NCBI GenBank assembly: GCA_963768425.1
Contig: CAVYHV010000017.1
Coordinates: 64,001-128,000 of the forward strand
Direction of reading: 5' to 3'
Origin: Candidatus Bathyarchaeota archaeon
GTDB lineage: Archaea; Thermoproteota; Bathyarchaeia; Bathyarchaeales; Bathycorpusculaceae
Length of the DNA stretch: 64,000 bases
Shown here in pieces: positions 20,775-29,131 of the stretch. The position numbers and the translations under genes are program-made. The stretch's first letter is position 1, and each line of letters opens with the position of its first letter. Below the pieces are notes generated by a model, which was given only the letters and a program-made list of their open reading frames with translations, made no database searches and was not told where the DNA came from.

Positions 20775-21761
20775 TTAAGTGAGCAAATTAGTGCAGTCCA
20801 AGCAAAAATCCTCAAAGAGTTATTAGCAGACGGACGCCAAACTGACAATGAAATTGCCAAAAAAATAGGTGAGACAAAAGAAAACATTAAGATGTATCTT
20901 AGCAAAATGGAAGAAATGGGAATAATTACCGGTGCGACTATACACATCAATTATAATATTTTCGGTTTCAAGGCAGTAACCCACATTTTAATCAATGTTG
21001 ATTCGCAGCAAGAAGATCAGCTTGTCAGTTACTTGCAGAAAATGCCTGAAGTTTACTCATTCTACAGCAGGGGAATTAAAGGAAACTGGGATGTTGTTGT
21101 TATTCTCAAAACGCTTGAACAATTGAACGCTATCAAAGACCAATTTAAGAGACGCTTTTCAATCGTTGAGATGAGAACTGCAATCTGGACAGACGTAAAA
21201 GAAATGAATTACAACCTGGGAATAACAAGCGGTAATGCGGAAAATCAAGAGGCAGGAACTAATTATCACGTAAAGATTCAGAGAAGTTGTCCTCAATCAA
21301 TGATTCTCGACCAAATTGACCAAAAAATAGCTGATAAACTTTCTGAGAATGGACGGATGTCCATGGAAACGCTTGGGAGAGAAATTGGAATATCATCAGA
21401 CACTGTTAAAAGAAGATATGAAAAACTCAAGAAAAACGGAGCGCTAAAAGTCACAATTCAAGTTAATCCGAATAAAATCGGGTACCAAGCAATGTGTGTT
21501 TTTTTCACTGTAACCTCTCACGAAAATTCGTTGGCAATTATTGAAAAAATCGTTGACATACCCAACATCATAAGCATCATGAAAACAACAGGGGATTACG
21601 ACCTGCAAATATGGGCAATGGTGAAAGATTTAAGCCAATTTTTTTCGGTTCAAGAGCAGTTGGGAAAAATTCAAGGCATAACAAAAATGGATATAGAACT
21701 ATCATCTTTAGAAAAATGGGAAAAATGGCCTAGTCCTCGCCAATATATATCTACCTTCTAA
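20775..21761 (+). CDS. Lrp/AsnC family regulator with duplicated HTH-RAM units
   Basis: Frame stays open upstream of ATG 20892 and encodes the first HTH (KILKELLADGRQTDNEIAKKIG); second unit IDQKIADKLSENGR, TTGDYDL; start codon uncertain. Confidence 0.85.
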   Translation, partial: LSEQISAVQAKILKELLADGRQTDNEIAKKIGETKENIKMYLSKMEEMGIITGATIHINYNIFGFKAVTHILINVDSQQEDQLVSYLQKMPEVYSFYSRGIKGNWDVVVILKTLEQLNAIKDQFKRRFSIVEMRTAIWTDVKEMNYNLGITSGNAENQEAGTNYHVKIQRSCPQSMILDQIDQKIADKLSENGRMSMETLGREIGISSDTVKRRYEKLKKNGALKVTIQVNPNKIGYQAMCVFFTVTSHENSLAIIEKIVDIPNIISIMKTTGDYDLQIWAMVKDLSQFFSVQEQLGKIQGITKMDIELSSLEKWEKWPSPRQYISTF

Positions 21762-21888
21762 AGCCATCTTTCATTTTCTACAAATTAGCCAAGAATTTAA
21801 TAAATTTGCAAGTTTAGACGATAAACCCAAGAAAATGAGAAATTTTATATCTTGATAGTAGTCATAACTTTAGCCAAAAGGAAGAACT

Positions 21889-22872
21889 GTGCCTAAAATC
21901 AAAGAACTTGATTCTGAAATTCTAAAAAGTCTACTGAAGGATGGTAGAACTGGTTATTATGAAATAGCTAAGCAGTGTGGTGTGTCGGAGAACAAAGTTT
22001 GGAAACGCTGCAGAGCAATGGAGGAAAAAGGGGTAATAAATGGGGCGACAGTGCAGATTAATTTTGGTTCCTTCGGATTTGACGCACTTGCAACGTTTCT
22101 CATCGGAATTGAAGCTCAGCAACTCGAACAAGCAATGGAACTCATTAAGAACATAACTGAGATACGGTCTTACCGGCAATATAATAGCGTTTTCAATATT
22201 CGGGCAGTCGCAACTTTAAGGAACCTTAACGAACTAGATTATTTGAAGCAGGTGATTAGGCGAAAATTACCTACAGTGGGTTTAAAAACTTACATTTGGA
22301 CAGGTGTCAGAAACATTCCTGAAAACTTGAATTTCACTGGGGCTCTGAAGAACGTCTATGGAATAGAACAACCTGATCAGGCTCCGGGAGACCGTAAGTT
22401 GAGCGAAAAAATCACGGTTGATGACCTGGATAAACAAATAGCTTCAAAGCTAGCCTTGGATGGGAGGGAATCATTTACGAAAATTGCGCAGGAAATGGGA
22501 GTGTCAACCGACACAATTGTGAAGAGATATCATAGACTTAAAGAAAAGGGCGCGATAAAGGTTTCAATCCAAATAAACCCGAACAAAATCGGGTACACGT
22601 CAATATTGGATTTCAACATCGCTTTCACGAGACCTGGTGGCTTGTCCAACCCGGTAGTTGAGTCGCTTGCAAAAATTCCTGATGTTATCATAATTACAGA
22701 AACTAGCGGTGACTATGACCTGCAATTGTCGGCAATGATAAGAGACACTGCGCAATCATTTGATATGCAAGATCAAATTGCAAGAATCAGCGGCATAACA
22801 AAAATTGAAGTGGGTGCTAGGAAAATTCCAGAGAGTTGGCCAACGCCTCACCAATACATATCAACATTCTGA
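21889..22872 (+). CDS. Lrp/AsnC family regulator with duplicated HTH-RAM units, paralog of the upstream gene
   Basis: LDSEILKSLLKDGR, LDKQIASKLALDGRESFTKIA, TSGDYDL; shares the C-terminal WP.P.QYISTF with its neighbour. Confidence 0.88.
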   Translation: MPKIKELDSEILKSLLKDGRTGYYEIAKQCGVSENKVWKRCRAMEEKGVINGATVQINFGSFGFDALATFLIGIEAQQLEQAMELIKNITEIRSYRQYNSVFNIRAVATLRNLNELDYLKQVIRRKLPTVGLKTYIWTGVRNIPENLNFTGALKNVYGIEQPDQAPGDRKLSEKITVDDLDKQIASKLALDGRESFTKIAQEMGVSTDTIVKRYHRLKEKGAIKVSIQINPNKIGYTSILDFNIAFTRPGGLSNPVVESLAKIPDVIIITETSGDYDLQLSAMIRDTAQSFDMQDQIARISGITKIEVGARKIPESWPTPHQYISTF

Positions 22873-22984
22873 GAACCACACTTTTCAATCGCTTTTTATT
22901 TTTATATTGAGGGGATCATTGAGGGACAACCTATAGTCGCACCCTTTATCCAAGCTCTGCTGGCTTTTCGAGATTTTTATGGAT

Positions 22985-23094
22985 TTTTTGACTTCTATTG
23001 ACTTTTCTACATTTTGACCGTTTTTACTGACTACTATTGACTTAGCCTGCCAACGCCCCAAGTCCAAAACCGAGAAAAGCAACTCAAAACACAA
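22985..23094 (+). repeat. Dispersed repeat, copy 3 (degenerate)
   Basis: Eroded TTGACT units, then gacttagcctgccaacgccccaagtccaaaaccgagaaaagcaactcaaaacacaa, which aligns to the copy 1 tail. Confidence 0.75.
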
Positions 23095-23136
23095 GCAACC
23101 CGCGGCATCAAAGAGCGGAACAGTTCAAGCCGAGAT

Positions 23137-25218
23137 TCAATGTTTCGCCTCTTTTTCACTTAGTTGCTCAAGCATAGTCACCAAGCTGTTGGTAGCTGGT
23201 AGGCAGGTCTGGTCGCGGCACACATAGGCAGTTGTTTTGCCTTCGATTTGCTGGTAACCTAAGCCTCCCTTATCTGGATGCTTAAGTTGGACTACGGTTG
23301 TTGGCAGGTAATGTTGCCTCAATATCTTGAGCATTTCTAGCGTGTCTTTTGAGTTGATGTCGCCGACGACTGTGACCATGTAGGATGGACCAAGCTGAAA
23401 GTCAAGTCCTGAGAGAAAGAACGTGTAGGCGTCGGGTGCCCCTTCAACTTCTGCAGCAAAAGTCTTAATCATTTGGGTTGCCATCTGGTCGTAAGTAGGC
23501 TCGTTGGTCAAGCGGCTAAGCCACAGCAAGTCAATAAGTGCCACTGAGTTGCCTGATGGAATTGCGCCGTCGTAGAGTTGCTTGATTTTAGGCATGCCCG
23601 CGGGTGCGCTTTGTGTTTGGTAGAATCCTCCGTTCTGCTTATCCCAAAACTTGCTGACCATGCTTTTAGCAAGGTCTGCGGCGGCTTGAAGGTACACATC
23701 ATTGAACGTTACCTCGTAAAGCTGCATTAACCCATACGTTAAGTAGGCATAGTCGTCTAGAAACGCCTCAATTGCAACTTCGCCTTTCGCGTAACGATGA
23801 TACAAAACATCGCCTTTGCGCATGTAATTCAATATGAAGTCTGCAGTCTTAGATGCCGCATTCAAGATACGCTGGGGTCCCAAACACACTCCCAGCTTTG
23901 GCCAAAGCTGCAATCATCAGGCCATTCCAATCGGCCAAGATCTTGTCATCAACCGGCTGGAGCAACCCGTTTCTGTCTCTGCTTTAAAAAGGGCATTTTG
24001 GATTTTTCCCATCTCCATAATCAGCTGATCGATTGTCAAACCCTTGTATGAAGCAAGGTCTTCAAGGGGTTCTGCGATGTGGAGAATGTTTTTGCCGTTG
24101 GCATGCCCTCTTTCGTCAGGGTAGTTTCCTTCTGGTTTTAAGCCGTAGAGGTGCACTGCCAGCTCTGCATCTGCAGGAGATAGAACATCGAGAACTTCAT
24201 CGACCGTCCACAGGTAAAATTTGCCTTCTTCACCCTCGGAGTCAGCATCCTGAGCTGAGAAAAACCCGCCTTCCCCACCCGCAGGCAAATCACGAAGAAC
24301 ATATTCTATTGTTTCTTTCGCTGTTATTTTGAACTTGGGCGCACCTGTCGCCTGATAGGCCTCAGCATACGCCATTATCAGCAACGCTTGGTCGTAGAGT
24401 GTTTTTTCGTAATGCGGAACTAGCCAGCTGGGGTCGGTGCTGTACCTGTGAAATCCAAAACCGAGTTGGTCAAAGATTCCGCCCAAACGCATTTGGCGTA
24501 AAGTGTTTTCAGCCATAGACAGCGCATTTTTCTCTCCTGTGTGAGAATAGTGACGCAGAAGATAGAGGATTTTGTGTGGAGTAGGGAACTTTGGTGCTGA
24601 CCCGAACCCGCCGTTTTCTTTGTCGTATTCCAGCTTTAGACGGTCGAACCCATCCTGCAAGACTTCTGTGGTTAGTTGGTTTTGGGGTGTTCGTTTTTCG
24701 ACGGCTTCTATGCGTGATTTGATGTCAGCGCCCACCATTTCCATTTGGGAACGCTGGGTTTTCCATATTTGCGTCACCTGCGGCACAAGATCCAGCATGC
24801 CGATTATTCCTGGCCGACTGTGTTTGGGTATGTAGCTCTGAGCATAAAATGGGTTCAATTTAGGCGTCATTATTATGTTAAGGGGCCAGCCGCAGTTTCT
24901 GCCCATAGCCTGGCAAACTGCCATGTACGAAGCATCTAAGTCTGGTCTTTCTTCGCGGTCAACCTTTATGCATACAAACGCTTGGTTAAGCAAATCTGCA
25001 ACTTGATTGTCGCTGAAGCACTCCATTTCCATGACGTGGCACCAGTGACAGGTCGAATAGCCTATGCTGAGGAAAATTGGCTTTTCTTCTGCTTTGGCTT
25101 TAGCTAAAGCTTCTTGTCCCCATGGGTACCAGTCTACTGGGTTGTAGGCGTGTTGGAGAAGGTAGGGGCTTTTTTCATTGATAAGCCTATTGGACTTTGT
25201 TTCCTGTTTTGGCTGCAT
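23137..25218 (-). CDS. Thioredoxin-domain protein YyaL/SSP411 (DUF255 plus six-hairpin glycosidase-like domain), frameshifted at about 23900-23960
   Basis: [71 protein letters not shown]. Confidence 0.93.
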
Positions 25219-25404
25219 AAAAGGTGCCTTCTTGTTTTCAATATGTTCAGTGTCTTTTATTAACTGTTAGGGTTTGGAGACTTCTTTTTTTCAACACGTT
25301 TACTTCTGATGAAACCCGCCATCCTATTGGGGTCTCTTCTTGAACGCGAAGGAAGCCTTGTCCAAGCTGCTGCCGAGCGCCTTTGAATTGAATAAACAGG
25401 GAAT

Positions 25405-25419
25405 GAAGAAATTTAAATA
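25405..25419 (+). promoter_or_regulatory. Archaeal BRE/TATA promoter for queT
   Basis: Purine-rich GAAGAAA followed by TTTAAATA (25412-25419); predicted start about 25441-25446. Confidence 0.6.
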
Positions 25420-25447
25420 GTTCTGGATTGATAGTTGCGTTTCTCGC

Positions 25448-25485
25448 GGTAGTTTCCGTATATAACCTACCTTAAAAAACCCGGG
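25448..25485 (+). ncRNA. preQ1-I (class I) riboswitch-like aptamer in the queT leader
   Basis: GGTAG-TTTCCGTATATAAC-CTACC-TTAAAAAAC-CCGGG: 5-bp P1, loop starting with U and ending with C, A-rich tail ending in C, loop UCCG complementary to tail CGGG; directly before queT. Confidence 0.75.
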
Positions 25486-25986
25486 TTGAATAAAATGAAA
25501 TTGAATGCCAAACAATTAGCTGTGATGGCTATCTTCGCCGCCTTGTACGCGGTTGGAGTTATTTTTTTGGCGCCCATAAGCTTCGGTCCAGGCCAAATAA
25601 GAGTTGCTGACGCAATGTTGCCTTTGACGATGATTTTTGGGCTTCCGAGCGCGTTTGGTCTCAGCTTAGGTTGCTTGGTCTCTAATATTTATAGTCCATT
25701 TGGAGCAATCGACATATTTGGTGGGGCAGTTGCAAATCTAGCCGCCTGCGTTCTAGGATGGTACATTGGAAGGAACGGAGGAAGGATTCTACGTTTTGCA
25801 GCAACCATTTTGCAGTCAGCTATAGTTGCTTTAATCGTTGGAACGTACCTTTCACCGTTGACTAGTGTGCCTCTGATGCTAAGCATATTCGGAGTGCTTA
25901 TTGGAGAAATCGTTGCAATCAACATCATTGGGTATCCACTTCAAGAAGCCATCAGGCGGAGCAAAATCTTCAGCAAATTCAGTTAA
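25486..25986 (+). CDS. queT: QueT family queuosine-precursor transporter (ECF S-component-like)
   Basis: AIFAALY, PISFGPGQIRVADA, GCLVSNIYSPFGAIDIFGG, GEIVA; start is TTG 25486 or ATG 25495. Confidence 0.9.
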   Translation: MNKMKLNAKQLAVMAIFAALYAVGVIFLAPISFGPGQIRVADAMLPLTMIFGLPSAFGLSLGCLVSNIYSPFGAIDIFGGAVANLAACVLGWYIGRNGGRILRFAATILQSAIVALIVGTYLSPLTSVPLMLSIFGVLIGEIVAINIIGYPLQEAIRRSKIFSKFS

Positions 25987-26022
25987 GAACTGGGTTTTCC
26001 CAAAAAAGCTTCTGCTTTTTTC

Positions 26023-26598
26023 CTATTTTTGCAGTTGACAGGACCTTATGCATTCAACTAGTGACTTAAGATTTTCCATGCCTTCATCTAACGTGACGAA
26101 GTTTTCGACGGCGCCTATTGCTTTGCTTGGAACGATCACGACTACTTTGCTTGCGAAAGGTCGGCTGAAGCCTAGTTCAGACGCAGCTTCATCCGTTAAG
26201 GCAACCTGTAAGCCGTTAACTTGCCAATCGTTGAAATCTACATCTAAACCCTCAACTTCTCCCACTAGAAAGCCATTTGGGCTAACTACTCTTTTGCCTT
26301 CAACTTTGACACTTTTTACCTGAATTTCTTTTTCCGCGACATCTTTGATGTTTCGGATTGGTTCCTTAAGAGTTATTACGTCGCCAACTGCGGCTATCAG
26401 TTGAGTCGGCAGGCAAATCATTATTCTGCGCAGGAAGGGCTTTTTCAAGTTAAGTTCTGCCGCTGCTTCGTTGCTGAGGACGATGCAGAAGGCGGTTAGT
26501 TGCCACAGGTTGAAGTCGACCTGCAGATCGTTGATTTCGCCTAATATGTAACCTTCTGTTCCGACTACTTTCTTGGATTTTAACAATAGAGGATTCAT
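26023..26598 (-). CDS. Tandem PRC-barrel domain protein
   Basis: Two repeats of K.VV...G..[LV]GE[IV]..L.VDFN.WQ...[IL]P...I.AV...[IV]TL; ATG at 26598 preferred. Confidence 0.8.
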   Translation of the reverse strand: MNPLLLKSKKVVGTEGYILGEINDLQVDFNLWQLTAFCIVLSNEAAAELNLKKPFLRRIMICLPTQLIAAVGDVITLKEPIRNIKDVAEKEIQVKSVKVEGKRVVSPNGFLVGEVEGLDVDFNDWQVNGLQVALTDEAASELGFSRPFASKVVVIVPSKAIGAVENFVTLDEGMENLKSLVECIRSCQLQK

Positions 26599-26706
26599 CG
26601 GATTCACTCGCTTGCTAACTTCAGATGCTTCCAGAATAAATAATTTGCTTAAGTGTCGGTCCGCCGAGCGAGGCATGTTGAAGTATTTTTTGGCGATTAG
26701 CGTGTT

Positions 26707-26913
26707 TTATCCGTTAGATTGCCTGTCGATTCTTCTGAAAATGTAGTTAGCAGCTAACCCGACAACTAAATCAGCAATTACAAAGACAATTATATCAAAA
26801 ATCCCATAAAAAAAGAGAACGAGAAAAAGCACTACAAACGCGATTGCCACAACGCCGACGGTTTGTTTTTTTCTCCGGACATCGGCTGAAACAGAACCAC
26901 TCGACGCAGACAT
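26707..26913 (-). CDS. Small two-TM hypothetical membrane protein
   Basis: 68 aa, two hydrophobic helices with basic flanks, GAGGTG upstream on the minus strand. Confidence 0.65.
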   Translation of the reverse strand: MSASSGSVSADVRRKKQTVGVVAIAFVVLFLVLFFYGIFDIIVFVIADLVVGLAANYIFRRIDRQSNG

Positions 26914-26990
26914 TTAGTATACCACACCTCACCAAGGCATCAATAACCTATAATTGTTGCTATCGCAAAAATCGAGAATCAGGATCGTCC

Positions 26991-27146
26991 GCATTTTTTA
27001 TTTTGTCTTTTGGGTTGCTTTTTTGGTTTAGGGCTTGGATTGTTTGCAGGTTGCGTCAAAAAAAGTCAAGGAAAGTCAAAATAAGTCAAATAAAGTCGAA
27101 AAAAGTCAAGAAAAGTTAAAATAAGTCAAAATAAGTGAATAAAAGT
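26991..27146 (-). repeat. Dispersed repeat, copy 2 (inverted relative to copy 1)
   Basis: Reverse complement matches 4687-4842 without gaps, 6 mismatches in 156 bp by manual alignment. Confidence 0.95.
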
Positions 27147-27235
27147 CAAGAAAAGACGGGCAGACAGATGGAAATTTTGGCGCTCGCTCAACGACGCAGA
27201 AACTGCATTAATGCCTCGGTGTTTCTCAGCTTTTT

Positions 27236-27671
27236 CTAAATTTTCGGGAAGAACGGAGCCGGATACGCAATCCCGAACAAGGCGCCAACAATGATGCTCA
27301 ATATGATGAAGATTACCCATGCCAAAATCGCAATCGCGATAGCTTGAAGCCAACCTGTCTTGAAACTAGCCTTGAAGACCCAGATCCAAGCGAGCAGCGC
27401 CAAAATGTAGCCGAAGACAAAGGCCGCTGAACCAATCAATGAGCTAAGTAAGAACCCTACCAAAAAAGAGACAATAAAGTACACGATTCGGCCCGACAAG
27501 CGTTGCAAGCAAGGAGTCGCCGAAAGTTGCTTTGCCGCCGGTTACCGCTTTTCCAGCAAGCCAAACAGGAATCGAAACAATAATCCAGAGAATAATCAGC
27601 GCAATCAAAGTAACAAGCAAGCCCGTAAGACTCACCGTATTACCCGCAACAGTCAAATATGGCAAAAACAA
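27236..27671 (-). CDS. Hypothetical multi-TM membrane protein, frameshifted near 27500
   Basis: ORFs 27444-27671 and 27236-27508 join: IPVWLAGKAVTGGKATFGD...WIWVFKASFKTGWLQAIAIAILAW. Confidence 0.7.
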
Positions 27672-28167
27672 CCCAAAAACCTCAATCTATAATAAAAAAA
27701 GCGTATTATTTAAGAGTTTTCGAAACAAAAAAACACGGGAAAACTGCATGGTTTTTGTCGCCCAAACGGCTTCCGCTTTGTTGGCTCAGCGAAGATAGAT
27801 TGAAATCGAGTCCAGTAACGAGCAGAAAAAGTTGGTTTATGAATGCTGAGCGAATAGGTTTTCGCGGACCAAATTTTCGCCGAATTTGTTCGGCTGGCAT
27901 TGGATTCAAACGCCAAGTTGAGCACTTTCTGCTGCAAGATGTTTGGTCGTTTTGGTCGGAGCAAGGATGAATTATCCGAACTGACATCAGAACAATTAGG
28001 AGTCGTAGGTTTCAGCGAAACAGTTGTTACAGGATAAGTTCGCGGAGCTTGGAAGAATGGCTGAGGATGCATGCAGTATTTAACCTGAAGTGTATTTGTG
28101 TTGTGCACATCTACTAATCTTATTCAAAATTCGCAACCTTTATTATTTTTTACACGCCTGAAAGGGT

Positions 28168-28332
28168 ATGCAACCACAACAAAGTAACAAAAAGCCGAAG
28201 CAGCCGTCACAACGCTCGTTCAAAACGAGCCTAGCTAAATCTGGTTACTCTGAGGACGCTGCGGATAAGATTTGGAAATGGTACAGCACAAGAATAGTGA
28301 AGCGATCAGAAACTTCTGTAAAAGCCACTTAA
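28168..28332 (+). CDS. Small hypothetical protein (54 aa), below the ORF-track cutoff
   Basis: MQPQQSNKKPKQPSQRSFKTSLAKSGYSEDAADKIWKWYSTRIVKRSETSVKAT; TTTATTA box about 25-30 bp upstream. Confidence 0.55.
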   Translation: MQPQQSNKKPKQPSQRSFKTSLAKSGYSEDAADKIWKWYSTRIVKRSETSVKAT

Positions 28333-28356
28333 AGTGTGGTTTGCGAGACAAAAGTT

Positions 28357-28950
28357 CTATTCGTTTTTTTGCAACATCACGATTCTGGCGTCAATGGTTC
28401 CAGCGCTAGATGAAAGCAAAATAGGAACAACTGCGCCTCGACGCCACCTTGATTTTGGAAACGCTTTGTCGACCGCCACCTCGGTAATTGGGTTAAAACG
28501 ATCTTGACCTATTTCTTCGCTTGCCCCACGAATCACAACGCAACCAGAAGGTCTTAGGACACGAAACATTTCAGAACTGTACCCTAATCGGTCGACGTCC
28601 TCAATTACATGGAACAATCCGCGGTCAGTGACTAAATCGAAAGATTCAGCCCGAAGAGGCAAACCAAGAACGCTACCGACTAACCAATCAACCTCAACTC
28701 TGGTCTTCTCTGCTCTTTCTCTCGCGATTTCAAGCGCTCTTTTGCTTAAATCGACCCCCAACACTCTAAGCCCGCATTGTGCCAAAAAAATTGAGTCCAA
28801 TCCACCTCCACAGCCAACATCCAAAACCTTAGCGTTCTCGTCAATCAACCCAGCGGCGACTAACGCAGCGAGCTCAGGAGACGAAGCATTCGGCTCCCAA
28901 TGCCTAAAATCCCCTGACTCATAATCTGAATCCCAATCATAACTACTCAT
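28357..28950 (-). CDS. Class I SAM-dependent methyltransferase
   Basis: VLDVGCGGG, GVDLS, FDLVTDRGLFH, RVLRPSG. Confidence 0.9.
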   Translation of the reverse strand: MSSYDWDSDYESGDFRHWEPNASSPELAALVAAGLIDENAKVLDVGCGGGLDSIFLAQCGLRVLGVDLSKRALEIARERAEKTRVEVDWLVGSVLGLPLRAESFDLVTDRGLFHVIEDVDRLGYSSEMFRVLRPSGCVVIRGASEEIGQDRFNPITEVAVDKAFPKSRWRRGAVVPILLSSSAGTIDARIVMLQKNE

Positions 28951-29131
28951 CGGGGTCGACTCTCAATTAAAGAAGTCTACGGTGTTAGATAGGCTTTTTC
29001 TCGGGTTATCTGTTTAGAAGCAGTTATTAATGGTACTTACAATCTAGAATTGACCCTGAACTGACAAACTTAGGCACCGAGCAGATGCATCTAATTCTCG
29101 AGGGGTCCAAAAAAAGCATGAAGTGGTTGAA

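Noticed and set aside
26844-27119. ORFs running through the repeat copies (26844-27119, 4774-5037, 22885-23094)
   Set aside because: They are low-complexity Lys/Ser-rich translations of a non-triplet 10-bp repeat, and ORF boundaries are not shared between copies.
27706-28108. Overlapping 90-130 aa ORFs in the 27.7-28.1 kb gap
   Set aside because: No recognisable motif or convincing start in any frame; I cannot support a call.
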